A DNA stretch of 62,413 nt, counting the filler, from Pirum gemmata (taxonomy: Eukaryota): assembly GCA_002812295.1 (NCBI GenBank). It is 29 parts of 29 records of this genome, joined end to end, with 100 filler letters (N's around TTAATTAATTAA, not from the genome) between each part and the next. Parts side by side here need not be neighbours in the genome. Positions count along the whole stretch, not along the records: positions 1 to 1,923 come from PDIN01010237.1; positions 2,024 to 3,947 come from PDIN01010238.1; positions 4,048 to 5,910 come from PDIN01010239.1; positions 6,011 to 7,933 come from PDIN01010240.1; positions 8,034 to 9,955 come from PDIN01010241.1; positions 10,056 to 11,977 come from PDIN01010242.1; positions 12,078 to 13,973 come from PDIN01010243.1; 22 more parts are not named here. One strand, written 5' to 3'. A program made the position numbers and the translations under genes. This document shows, one piece after another, positions 1 through 12,383 of this stretch (within the stretch, counting starts at the first letter, position 1; each line of letters opens with the position of its first letter). Below the pieces are notes generated by a model, which saw nothing but the letters and a program-made list of their open reading frames with translations, was not told where the DNA came from and ran no database searches.

Positions 1-662
1 ATTTATATATATTTATATAGTTGAGTTCTTGCTTATATATGCTAGCGTTTTGTATAACAAATATCTAATTATGCGTGGTATGGCAATAGTAGTCATTTGT
101 ATTATATAAAGATTTTATTTTTATTTTATTTGTGATTTTTGTGGCTGGCTCAAGATCATAGGTCAATATTTTAAATATCACAAATATATGTACAGTAGTA
201 CAGTATATCTAGTATCATAATTTGTTACTTTATATATACAACAAATATCTGTAGTTTTATTATTTCTGTGTGAAATATACCAAGGAAAATTAGTTATATA
301 ATAATATATACAGGAGGTTTAATAATTGTAAGACTGTAGCTTGGTATGATTATTATTGTTATTATAGCTCTTATCTAGGCTTATCTGACGTTGAAATTTT
401 GGAGAAAAAAGCAACTTTAGTTAGACCCGTCAACTAGCTAGTCTACCAGGAAGAAACTAGGCGGTCTGTCAGATAGCTACTAGCTAGCTAGCTAGCTAGC
501 TAGCTAGACTCATCCAAACAAAAAAACAAAAAAAACAAAACAAAACTAAAAAAAAAAAATAGGGTTGTCAAGTTGATCATATAAAAAGGATAATAAAAAT
601 CTACAGTTCTCCCTCAATCAATGAATCATCGGCTCTCCAAGTTGGTTCCCCACTCTCTTTTT

Positions 663-870
663 GGGGTAAATGTGGCTCCTTTAGAGCGGAGTCTCAAAAC
701 CTAAAGGTTAGCAGTTCGATCCGCTGTCAGCACTGTCAAATGTCGAAACAAAAAGAAAGGGTGCTAGCTAGATCCAGTCGCTACCGGAGGGACACCCCGC
801 TATACTGTACATCGGGAGGTACTAATAACTGAGAACGATGTGCGAAAACTACATAAAAATAAAAATAAAA
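663..870 (+). mobile_element. Probable tRNA-derived SINE
   Basis: Head GGGGTAAATGTGGCTC...TAGAGCGGAGTCTCAAAACCTAAAGGTTAGCAGTTCGATCC has A-box-like and B-box (GTTCGATCC, 714-722) motifs at tRNA spacing but no pairing acceptor stem. About 120 nt of body follows, then a (TAAAAA)n tail. Confidence 0.55.
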
Positions 871-1138
871 ATTATTTAATAGTAGACTGAGTAGATTATC
901 TAGCTAGCTAGCTAGTAGCTAGCTAGAAGCTAGATCCAGTAAACTATCCAGTAGCTCTAGCTAAATTCTTTCCAGATTTCTTATGATATGATAATAATGA
1001 TACATGCTATTAAAGTCTATCATAAAAAAATAAATAAATGAAAGAGGAGATGATAAAAAAAAAATCATTTATGTACTAAGTCAAATAGTATGTATGCATA
1101 ATAAATAATATTGATAATAATAATACTAATACTAATAC

Positions 1139-1189
<51 letters not shown>

Positions 1190-1240
1190 GAAATACAACA
1201 CTTTCCAGAATTTATCTATTAAGTAAATTTAGAACTAAAA

Positions 1241-1900
1241 ATGGGGCTATTAAATAGAAAAAAACCAAAAGTTGACAAAACTGGCCATGAAATTCATGAA
1301 GGTTTGTATTAGTTAAGTTTCCAACGTACGAGAACGATATTCACTCCTAATCCTAACCTTCGCACTAACAGTGTCAACCTGAAAGCTTGTATTGTTGTGC
1401 CGAATTTTAGCCTCACCAAATATATAAAATTTGCAATAATAATTTTTCCATATCTTATATCTTATGAAATTTTTCTTTGTCTGTCAAGAGTATTAACCAA
1501 TTTTAATAAAAAAGATGAGCAAAGAATGATACACAATGTGTTGTTTAAAAAACACATACTATTATTAAGTGAAGTAACGATATTATCATTATTATTATTA
1601 TTATTATATATATTAGTACATCCAACCGATTCTCTGATTACTGGAGAGAAGGTACAAGAAATATTGACAAAACTGGGTCCTTTCATCCAAAAAGCAGGCG
1701 ATTTCTTGGATTTTATAGGTATTGTTATGTTTCTAGAAATTCGATTTATTTTAAGGAAACCTTTCATTCTGAAAAGTTATTTTGTGGTTGGTAAGGGTGC
1801 GTAATTATTTATCATTTTCATTTTTTTAGGGCCCAAAATTGTCAGTAGTGCTACTCTTTTGATGGACTTGTACAAAAAAGCTGAACCATACAAACCAGAG
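1241..1900 (+). CDS. 5' part of a spliced hypothetical protein, exons 1241-1301, 1617-1718, 1830-1900 (3' truncated)
   Basis: GT-AG introns join in frame to MGLLNRKKPKVDKTGHEIHEVHPTDSLITGEKVQEILTKLGPFIQKAGDFLDFIGPKIVSSATLLMDLYKKAEPYKPE; next donor GTATAA at 1901. Confidence 0.7.
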
Positions 1901-1923
1901 GTATAATTTGTTTTGGTTTCGGG

Positions 1924-2023
1924 NNNNNNNNNNNNNNNNNNNNNNNNNNNNNNNNNNNNNNNNNNNNTTAATTAATTAANNNNNNNNNNNNNNNNNNNNN
2001 NNNNNNNNNNNNNNNNNNNNNNN
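1924..2023. other. Artificial scaffold linker N44-TTAATTAATTAA-N44 (first of 28, last at 60413-60512)
   Basis: Identical 100-nt block recurring about every 2 kb; the 12-mer gives stop codons in all six frames. Confidence 0.97.
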
Positions 2024-2560
2024 ATTATATAGACACTTTATGCGATAAAAAGTGATAAATGTGCGAATTCTGGACTTTAGAAATATATATTATAATGTAT
2101 AAGACTGTATAAGTATATATAATACATAATTACATAAATTAGTTTTAGTATGAATGTTATAATAATTAGTATTACTATTAGTATTAGTAGCATTAGCTAA
2201 AATGTATAATTATATATAATATAATTATATATTATTAATATTGGTATTGGTATTAGTACTAGTATTAGCATAATATTATATATAATATAGTCTCCATAAA
2301 ATTCTAGTATATATTAATATTATATAATATATATATATACATATATAGTACTACTACTGCTATTAATACTACTCCTACTATTAGCACTACTACTACTACT
2401 ACTACTATTACTACTACTACTACTATTACTGCTACTACTACTAATACCACTACCACTATATGGCTACTACTAGTGCTACTACTGCTGCTGCTGTTGCTGC
2501 TTAGTTATAGTAGTATTATACAACAACAACAACAACTACTACTGCTATTGCTACTATTAA

Positions 2561-2595
<35 letters not shown>

Positions 2596-2680
2596 GTGTG
2601 TATATAGTACCAGTACCATTGATATTAATATTACTTCTACTATTAATATAGCTATAATATTACTACTACTACTACTATAG

Positions 2681-2731
<51 letters not shown>

Positions 2732-2856
2732 TTACTACTACTACTACTAGTACTACCACCACCACCACTACTGCTACTACTACTACTACTACTACTATTA
2801 CTGTTATTGTTACTACTATACATAGCTACTACTAGCACTACTACTATTACTACTAT

Positions 2857-2897
<41 letters not shown>

Positions 2898-2908
2898 TTC
2901 GCTGGTAT

Positions 2909-2946
<38 letters not shown>

Positions 2947-4131
2947 TTCGCTGGTATTACTACTACTACTAGTACTAGACTAGTATTAGTACTAGTACTA
3001 CTGTTAAAGTGATTGAATATATTTCTCAAAATGAGATCCCTCGAAACTACAACGAAGAGGATAATTACTTTTATTTCATTATTAAAATTTTTCGTATGTT
3101 ATTATTTTTAATTTATTTTTGTTGTGGTATTATAATATTATCATATAATTACTTACAAAATAATAATAATACCATTAATAATTAAAAAACGAGCTGATGA
3201 TGTACTTGATCACTGATTTTTAATTGGAACGTTTCGGACGCTGGTGGCTAGACGCTGGTGGTTGTAAAACTAATTCGTAAATAATTTCTCGACAATTCTC
3301 CTCGAATTTAATTAAAAGTACTCTGTCACCATCATACTATCGATACATATATATATCATACATCATATATCAAAATAATTATATTATATGATAATACTAC
3401 CAAATAGTGACCGAAGATTAAAAATTCGCTCATCACTATAGCAACGAAAAAAGAGCAGTCCATCAAAAGAGCCATTTTATGATGGTTTACTGTCACCGTC
3501 TATCACTCAATTTGTTTAGAAAGAAAGAAATAGACTAGTTGTCTAACTAAAAGTTCTCTAAACAATGTTTTTTTTTTTTTTTAGGTTTTTTTTTTTTTTT
3601 TTTTTTTTTTGAACATGCAGAATGACCCTATTTAACTAGTAACTAGCTAGAGGCTAGAGCTAGCTAGAGAATAGGTGTAAAAATGATGGCTCAGTGATTG
3701 GGTCATCGTTGCACAGCGTTGCTAGGCATTATACTTATTTAGACTAATAATTCACGACTTTTTGACTTTCTGAGCTGGCTGGCTAGCTAGAGTAGTAGCT
3801 AGCCACCCAGCTGTAGCCACCACCTGCGCTAGCTACTCGAGCTCTACTAGCTAGCTAGTAGGGGCTAACTACTCTAACTAGATAGTGTTTGGTATCGATT
3901 ATTTTTACATCGATTTTTTCATCACAGCTATCGATAATTTACCCAAANNNNNNNNNNNNNNNNNNNNNNNNNNNNNNNNNNNNNNNNNNNNTTAATTAAT
4001 TAANNNNNNNNNNNNNNNNNNNNNNNNNNNNNNNNNNNNNNNNNNNNAACCCTAAACCCTAAACCCTAAACCCTAAACCCTAAAAACCACCAACTGTAAC
4101 CCTAAATTCATTTTTTTTCTTTAATGTATAG

Positions 4132-4336
4132 ATTGCTGATGTTATTCGTAGTAATTGGTACTATTTTTTGGCTGGAGGTATTGTTGGGTTAATCACTGTA
4201 TTTGTTTTAGGCTTTATTACTAAACGACAAGAAAGACGCTTAAACTATAACGAAATCCAAAGAAGACAGGAAGTAAAACAACAACGTACTGAGATTGAGA
4301 GTACTCTGAAAACAAACCAAACAAACAACAGACAGC

Positions 4337-4367
<31 letters not shown>

Positions 4368-4482
4368 GCAGCAGCAACAAAGACGTCAACGACAACAACA
4401 ACAAAGTACCCCTAATGCTTCATCTGATATTAGCCATGTACAAAATAGAAGTGTTACTGTTAGACCCAATTCGAGAGTTTAA
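4132..4482 (+). CDS. Last exon of a single-pass membrane protein (TM helix plus Q-rich tail)
   Basis: Acceptor TAG at 4129-4131; IADVIRSNWYYFLAGGIVGLITVFVLGFITKRQERR then polyQ, TAA stop. The TM region loosely recalls ADAM10-type proteins but this is not diagnostic. Confidence 0.6.
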
Positions 4483-4743
4483 ACAAGGGGGGTTAAAGTG
4501 CACCTCTCCCCCCTTTTTTTGGTTATAGTTTTGTTTAAAAGTTCACTGGAGAAGGCCGGATGACGTCACAATATGTATATAAATCAGGATTAGCTTCATA
4601 GATGGGCATCTGGGTATTCAAAATCGGATATTTACATGTTATTATAAGCCAATGAGAGGGGGTTTCAGGACCAATATTAACCATATATACAAAGTTATAA
4701 TAGTAATATAATACTACTAAATGTTACTATAACAAGAAAACTG

Positions 4744-5133
4744 CCATATTTAGTAGAAATAATGGTATGTTTGGTATATTCTCACAATATATACAGTCTT
4801 TCCTTCATCTTAGAATAACATGCAAATATCCTGATTTTCAATACCCAGATCCCAATCTGTAATGCTAGAATCCTGATTTATGTTGATATATATATCCCTG
4901 CGTGAGGAAATTTAAAAATTTCTTTTTTTATTAATAATATTACTATATATGGAGTAATGAGAGTAATATTACCATATTTAGTAGATAACGCTATGTTTGG
5001 TATATTCTCACAGTATATAGTCTTCCTTCCTTCATCTTTGAATATCATGTAAATACCCCGATTTTCAATACCCAGATCCCAATCTATTTTGCTAGAATCC
5101 TGATTTATGTTGATATATATGTATATATTCCTG
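4744..5133 (+). repeat. Diverged direct duplication of about 155 bp (4744-4900 and 4972-5133)
   Basis: Shared blocks CCATATTTAGTAGA, TATGTTTGGTATATTCTCACA, GATTTTCAATACCCAGATCCCAATCT and GCTAGAATCCTGATTTATGTTGATATATAT. Confidence 0.85.
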
Positions 5134-5140
5134 AGAAAAA

Positions 5141-5335
5141 CCATCGAATCGAGACTAGTTCGAATTTTTCGAATTTTTTCGATCTAATTTTAAGTATCGA
5201 CCAAGGTCTTTTTTTTTGAAGTCCTTGTATCGACTCACTTTTGATTACTTTAAAATTTTATAGAAAAAACTTGAAACTCGAAAAAAAAGAAATAATTAGG
5301 ATCGGCTGTTTAATTCAATTATGTTTTCCCATATA
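5141..5335 (+). repeat. Dispersed repeat family A (other copies about 34185-34390 + and 23693-23845 -)
   Basis: Shared ATCGAATCnAGACTAGTTC...TTTTTCGATCTAATT...GACTCACTTTTGATT...AGAAAAAACTTGAAACTCGAAAAAAA on three scaffolds. Confidence 0.85.
5202..5227. mobile_element. 26-bp TIR micro-element with 7-bp TSD TATCGAC
   Basis: TATCGAC|CAAGGTCTTTTTTTTTGAAGTCCTTG|TATCGAC; the host repeat copy near 34235-34250 lacks the insertion. Confidence 0.8.
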
Positions 5336-6038
5336 TATGATGACATCATTATTAATTTAACTATGAGAGTATTTTTTAGTATGCACCCCTTCTCTCTTGT
5401 TTAATTAATAATTTTATTAAAAGCTTACCTGGAGAAGGGCACAAAAACATAATATCAATTTTCATCATAACTACTTATATAACCAACAACCCACCATAAT
5501 TAACTTTGCGTTTGATCGAAAAATATTTATAATCGAGAGTTCAACAAGAATGTATTATATAATCATGATCAGTTTGATAAAAAGTGATGTTATGGGTCCG
5601 AACACTCATATTAAGTTTTTAGGGTTAGGGTTAGGGTTAGGGTTAGGGTTAGGGTTAATGTTAAGATTAGGGTTAAGATTTGGGTTAAGGTTATGGTTAA
5701 GGTTAGGGTCAAGGTTACACTAGCCCTATTCCTATATGCTGTCTGGTAACTCATTTAAAATTAGATTTTCTTTTATTATGATTATTAGTATTATTATTAT
5801 TAATATTATGTAGTATCATTATTATTATTATTCTTAGCATTATGAGTATTATAAGCTGAGTATTATTATTGTTATTGTTATTGATATTTATTATTATTAT
5901 TATTATTATTNNNNNNNNNNNNNNNNNNNNNNNNNNNNNNNNNNNNNNNNNNNNTTAATTAATTAANNNNNNNNNNNNNNNNNNNNNNNNNNNNNNNNNN
6001 NNNNNNNNNNAATAATAATAATAATAATAATATATTAC

Positions 6039-6236
6039 CATAATGAAAAGGCACACCACTGAGTTCATGATACTCGCTCAAGATACTATTTAATTTAGAC
6101 GTATTGCAATTTCTGAAGTCCTTGTCATATAGAAAATAGTCTGAAGACTCATGTTCACATAAGTTTCTAAAAACAAAACTAAGTTGCTGCAGTATAGCTT
6201 TAAAAAAACACTGATTTCCCTTCATTAACTATACCC
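6039..6236 (-). pseudogene. USP/C19-like Cys-box exon with one frameshift
   Basis: GIVNEG then, after removing one A in GGGAAAT, NQCFFKAILQQL, matching G-x-x-N-x-G-N-x-C-F-x-x-x-x-L-Q-x-L. The exon ends at PFHYG/GT donor, where USPs continue into the QxDAxE motif. Confidence 0.55.
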
Positions 6237-6340
6237 CTAATTTTAATTTGTAACATACTCTGAGCATATTTTTGTGAATAGTTTGGTTATTATATTCTTA
6301 TACTGAAAAAAAGTACAATTTAAAAGCAAGTTGTGCATAC

Positions 6341-6785
6341 TTCCTTTTCGGATAAGGAAAAACATGGTGGCTGTTCAAACAAACAAAAAAAAAGAACAGA
6401 ATGTGACTCTTGTGACACTACTTCTACATTTCTTTGACTAATGATATTGATTGTGTTAGCGTCGAGAAATTCCTTGAGCTTCAAAATAACATTGTCGGGA
6501 ACGTCTCTTAAAGTTTGCTGTTTAAAAAATGATACAATATTACTAATGCCCCGCACGGTATAATAACCGCAATCACTTGTATTAGTTTGCTTCCAAGCCT
6601 TAAGAAATTTCACATTGGAAACTTCTTTCTTGTAGTGCTTATGGAAAAACTTCTTTACACAAGTATTATTAAAGTCATCAAAGAAGATAGGCTGGTGCAT
6701 TGTGACAGAGTATAAATTATCTACTACATACACAGTGAAGTCCTGTCTTGTTTGTATTGTGAAATAAAAAAACCAATGTTCCCCA
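6341..6785 (-). CDS. Ulp1/C48-like cysteine protease catalytic region (5' end lost in repeat or gap)
   Basis: EHW...YVVDNL...KQTNTSDCGYY gives the His-Trp, Asp and Q-x-N-x-x-DCG order of clan CE proteases. Confidence 0.7.
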
Positions 6786-6791
6786 TATCCA

Positions 6792-7180
6792 CATAACCAT
6801 AACCATAACCATAACCATAACAATAACCATAACCATAACCATAACCATAACCATAACCATAACCATAACCATAACCATAACCATAACCATAACAATAACC
6901 ATAACCATAACCCTAAACCCTAAACCCTAAACCCTAAACCCTAAACCCTAAACCCTAAACCCTAAACCCTAAACCCTAAACCCTAAACCCTAAACCCTAA
7001 ACCCTAAACCNNNNNNNNNNNNNNNNNNNNNNNNNNNNNNNNNNNNNNNNNNNNNNNNNNNNNNNNNNAACCATAACCATAACCATAACCATAACCATAA
7101 CCATAACCATAACCATAACCATGACCATGACCATAACCATAACCATAACCATAACCATAACCATAACCATAACCATAACC
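6792..7180 (-). repeat. Telomere-like array (TTATGG)n / (TTTAGGG)n / (TTATGG)n
   Basis: CCATAA units run directly into CCCTAAA units (6911-7010); after an N gap CCATAA units resume. Confidence 0.9.
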
Positions 7181-8033
7181 TAGTCCTTAAATCAGAACAA
7201 TTTCAATAATAATAATAATATATATATAAGCCACTATATTATGTAAACAATAAATAGTAAAAATCCAGTTAACAGCCAAAACAAACTAATCAGATATATT
7301 CGAAATTAAGACTAGTACACCACCAACGCTACTACCAATCCATAATTCACTTACACGATAACCCACTAAATAAAAAATAATAAAAAAATAAAAAAATAAA
7401 AAAAAATAACACCTGAACTGGACCATCTAGGAGTCTAACTTGGAAACCAAGATTGGAGTTCCAACCCACCCAGATTCCGTATAAACATCCCACAACCTAC
7501 CTAAAAAAATTCAAAGGAGACTTTCGAGACTATTCAAAGTTGAAAAACTTACATATAACCCTAACTCTAACCCTAACCATCCCCAAGAGAAATGGATGAG
7601 GGAAACTATGGGCAGATTATTTAAAAAGGGGGGATGCATTGAGCCTAACCATCGTTGCTATCCACCTGTTGGGGAGCCATGGATGGAGTTGACGAACCAC
7701 CAACACATTTAGCAAAATCGCACACACACACACAATGGAATACCCCTATGATAATCAATAATATTAATATGATAAGCTCTGCTTTAGCAACTGCAGTTGA
7801 TAATCCATATAATAAAACTGTTGGTGGAAAACTAGTATGGGATTCAAACAGACGACAAGTAGCATTTACATCTGAGACAAATACCAAATCCAAATACCTT
7901 TTCAGGAGAGGCAAAAAAAAAAAAAGATAATAANNNNNNNNNNNNNNNNNNNNNNNNNNNNNNNNNNNNNNNNNNNNTTAATTAATTAANNNNNNNNNNN
8001 NNNNNNNNNNNNNNNNNNNNNNNNNNNNNNNNN

Positions 8034-8241
8034 TCAACATTCAATACTACAACCCAAACTATTACTATTAATACTATCAATACAACCACACTGTCAACAT
8101 TCAATACCACAACACAAACTATCAATACTACAACTACACCACTGTCAACATTCAATACCACAATACATAACTATTAATACTACAACTACATTGTCAGCAT
8201 TCAATACCACAACACAAACTATTAATACTACAACTACAACC
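8034..8241 (+). repeat. Minisatellite of about 48-60 bp, 4 units
   Basis: Unit core TGTCAACATTCAATACCACAACACAAACTATCAATACTACAACTAC. Confidence 0.75.
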
Positions 8242-8976
8242 ATACGATTCTACTACAACCAACATTACATTCAATTCAATTCATACATTCAGTTCATGCA
8301 TTCAATTTATACTTAAGTACACTTATTATTTATCTTTTGACTTTCTTTGAGTCTATGACCTTCACTAGGCGGTCAGTTACCTATACACTTATTTATATAT
8401 GCTTTCACACTTATCATATTATTTACTTAATTATTTACTTAATTAATTTAATTTACAGCATATACACACTTCACATAGATAATGTTATTTTTACACTTAT
8501 TATTATAAATAAATTAAAAACAGTAGTACAACAGAAATAAGAAAAACCCATATGTGAGCTTGATACATTTCAAACACTATTGAAAATTATTTGATCAGAA
8601 TAATTTTTCACATGTTCTAACTAATCTACAGCTCGAAACTACAAAATCAAACTACAACTATTTGCTCACTACCTCGCCAACAACTTCCTATCTCGCTGCA
8701 CAAAATTTATTTCTTTTGCAAACACAAAATAAATTTTGACTGCTGCAGTGCTGCTCAGTGCTCAAACGGTCCAAACCTCAAATCTCTGGCGAATCAGAAC
8801 CACTCACATCCAATAGTCACAATAAAAAAAATAAAATGTTTTGAAACGAATAAAAATGTTAATAAATTTGAAGTTTTTTATTGGCTACAAAAGCCTACAA
8901 TAAAAGGAGAAAAGACACCTCGCTTTTTTTTAATTGGAAAACTATCATATTGGAAAACTGAAAATAATCGATATAA

Positions 8977-9120
8977 GGGAGAATTCAAATACTACGCTAA
9001 TTTCCGGTCAAGTATACAGCTTCAAATACCCCTACCTACGTACCCCTTGACGTTAATTTCCGGTTAAATACCGCCTACCTACCTACCCCTTGACGTGACG
9101 TATTATTTGAAAGCTGTTTT
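8977..9120. mobile_element. MITE, PIF/Harbinger-like; reverse copy at 37432-37550
   Basis: Inverted ends TTCAAATACTACG / CGTATTATTTGAA, internal CCTACCTAC-CCCTTGACG repeats; both copies begin TAA|GGGAG. Confidence 0.6.
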
Positions 9121-11406
9121 TAATAAAACAATAGTTAAACTTCTCCTAATTCTTCTTTGTTTTTTAAAAAAAAATTGAGTTTTCGAGCCTATGCATTAAT
9201 TAAATAAGCTCGAAAATTTTAAGCTAACAGTTAAATATTCAAGTATATTTATTTATTTATTTATAAACCCGAAAAAATGGAAAAAATAGTTTTCGAACAG
9301 GGCTGAATTTCAGCTTTTTTTTCGACAGCAGAAATTCGAGTTTTCGGTTTCAAGCAGAATTAATATTTTATTGTGCTTTTCATATTTATTTTCTCACTCC
9401 GAATATTTATTTGGTTGTTTATAATATTTAAATTGATACTTTTTAAATAAATAAATATATAATAGTAGACTTATGATAACAATAACAATAACAATAATAA
9501 CAATAACAATAACAATAATAACAATATTAATAACAATAACAATAACAATATAACAATAACAATATACAATAACAATAACAGTAGAAAAGTAACTAACTCT
9601 TTTGAAGAAAGAACTTACAACTGTTATCAAAGGATAAGTGGCAAGTGTAAAGAGTAGAAAATCTGATTTCACATTGTGTTAATTAATTAATTAAAACTAG
9701 TAATTTTGAAGTTGTTGTGTTTGTTTTTTAGTTATAATATTAGTTTTGTTTATTTATTTGTTTGTTAGTCTAGGCTAGTTTGTTTGGTTTGCTTTGGTTT
9801 GCTTTGGTTTGCTTTGCTTTGGTTTGGTTTGGTTTGGTTTGGTTTGTTTGTTTGTTTAATTAATGATATCGATAATATTATAATATAATAATAAATAATA
9901 ATAATAATAATAATAATATAACTAATAGTAATAACAGATAATAATAATAATAATANNNNNNNNNNNNNNNNNNNNNNNNNNNNNNNNNNNNNNNNNNNNT
10001 TAATTAATTAANNNNNNNNNNNNNNNNNNNNNNNNNNNNNNNNNNNNNNNNNNNNTAATAATTATTATTCATGAAAAAAAAAAAGAAAAAAAAAAAAATA
10101 GCTTTCACCTCTTTCATTCCTAGACTAAAGAAAACTGAGAATCAGCTGATAGGGACTTCAAAATCTGGAATCCTAGTATTTTATTGTGTATTGAAGCCAC
10201 GTGACCTATTAATTAAAAATGATAACAATGATTAAAGCATTAATATTAATATGTCCGTGTGTCATTATTGGCTTCTTTTAGCTCTAAAGGGAGGGGAAAT
10301 TATAACTAAAGTTATGGTATACTATCATTATATTTTTTTAAAAAAAGGATAAGTTGGGTAAGGGGTAGTAAGCCTTAGGTTAGTTAGGGTAAGAAAAGAA
10401 GAATTATTCATAACTTGATCATGAATGTTTTAACTGCCACTACTTTTTTAAAAATTTTAGTATGAGAACTTTGTCAGAAGTTTAAAAATATTAATAATAA
10501 TATTTCATATAGTATACATAATAATAATAAAATTTGACAATAATTTATAACAATAATAAAACGTTACTCGCCAATGCTTATTAAGTTTTTTATTAATGTT
10601 CTTTTCTAACCAAAAAGTCGTATAGTGTGTTTTTGTCTTAATATTCGGATAGAATCACACTCATTTAATACCTAAGAAAGGAAAAATAACAACGAAAATC
10701 TACCTATTATGGCGAGAGAATATAATACATTGGTGTCGAAAACTTTTAATAATTAAAATGGATGGTATAGATACATAGGCAATCATTTAGAACCAGAAAA
10801 GACATAATACAAAGCTATACATCAAATAAAAATAGGAAACACAAAATAATATGGCAATACTGCTATATTTGAACCATCATTAAATGCACATTCAATAGCA
10901 CAATGAATACAAGAAAAATATAAAATTGGCTTGAATCAGTGGTTGGATACCTCGATAATAATGCAACGAACAGGAAAACTAAAGCGACAGCAAAGGAATA
11001 TTCCTTGTTCTCACTAATCCCCCCTTTTTTTTGCTCTCTTTTTTGTACAGAAAAAAAAAAAGCATTTTTAAACTATATATGTATTAGTTTCATTTTTCTC
11101 TTTTCTAATAAAACTTGAAAATTTATTGACAGAAGCATACACCTTTAACTACGTGAATGTAAATCATGTAATTCTGGTACTCGTTTGAATATAACCATGT
11201 AACGGGTTATTTTTTGTATGTGTGCGATTTAATTTTCTTTTATACATCCTTTTAATTTAATCTCAGCAAATGCGAATAACTTACCGTCAATATAAGTTCT
11301 GGCTTTCCGATGACAATCATTCTAGTACAAACAAATTTTAAGGGTTTAGCTATTAGTATCAAAGTATATTTATTGAACTAAAGGGATAACAGACATATCA
11401 AATATG

Positions 11407-11688
11407 TTACCAATCATTATCCCATTTAACGTCATCGTGTTTCTCATCTTCAATGACGATATTATTATTATTTCGACTATTCGTAGATTTGGGCCTAAAG
11501 TCATCGTTGTCATTTTCCCAGCCGTTTTTACTTTTAGGAGTATCCCAATCATTATCCCATCCAGAATTAGAAAAAGAGTTCTCGGTATTATTATGATTTC
11601 GACTGGTGTTAGAATTGGAATTGGAATTGGAAGAGCCAGTGTTCTCCGATTGGTTGCCAGTCTGACCCCCTACATAGTAATTCCAATA
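11407..11688 (-). CDS. Terminal exon with WDNDW motifs, ArfGAP1/Gcs1-like C-terminus
   Basis: Not in the ORF track. Acceptor TAG then 94 codons: YWNYYVGGQ...SGWDNDWDTPK...GWENDNDD...DVKWDNDW*. Acidic di-Trp motifs are typical coat/adaptor-binding tails. Confidence 0.55.
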   Translation of the reverse strand, partial: YWNYYVGGQTGNQSENTGSSNSNSNSNTSRNHNNTENSFSNSGWDNDWDTPKSKNGWENDNDDFRPKSTNSRNNNNIVIEDEKHDDVKWDNDW

Positions 11689-12383
11689 CTACAATAAAAT
11701 CAAAGAATAAAAGTTAATTTTAAAGGATAATAAACGCTAACAGGACCGTTGTTTTAACAATAAGAGGCAAATAGAATATATCAGGAGTATGATAATACTA
11801 ATAAAATAAAAAAAAAAAGCAATGGACCGTACAGAGGGAAAAAAGGAAAGGAAATATCTACACATACACATGCACAATTACAACACAACACACACACACA
11901 CACATATATATATATAACCCACATGTAGGTCTTTCGGACTTTATATAGAAAACAACAATAAATAATAATAATAATAANNNNNNNNNNNNNNNNNNNNNNN
12001 NNNNNNNNNNNNNNNNNNNNNTTAATTAATTAANNNNNNNNNNNNNNNNNNNNNNNNNNNNNNNNNNNNNNNNNNNNTTTTGTTTCTTGTTTGTTGTTTC
12101 TTGTTTGTTGTTTCTTGTTTGTTGTTTCTTGTGGGTAACTAAGGAGTTGTTTTTGTTTTTTTGCTAAATGTTGTTTTCACAATTTTACGTGTAAAATGTA
12201 AAATGTAAAAATAAAAAAAATAAAAAAAAAAGGTATAAATGCTTGAAAATTTCAAAAAATAAAAAAATAAACAAACAAGTAAACAACAAAACACATTAAT
12301 ATTAAAGTAATAATTAAAAATACAATAACAATAACAAACATTAAAATAAAACTTACAAACAGAAATAAGAAAAATAAAATATA

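Noticed and set aside
663..735. Functional tRNA gene (CAA anticodon)
   Set aside because: Acceptor and anticodon stems do not pair and no oligo-T terminator follows; better read as a SINE head.
1968..1979. Regularly spaced TTAATTAATTAA as a CRISPR-like or biological repeat
   Set aside because: Always centred in exactly 44+44 Ns; it is a six-frame-stop concatenation linker.
7410..7930. Coding or retro-derived segment ending in poly-A
   Set aside because: Stops in all frames and no recognisable motif.
10700..11000. LINE reverse transcriptase remnant (WYRYIGNHL resembling YKYLG)
   Set aside because: One short motif amid many stops; insufficient support.
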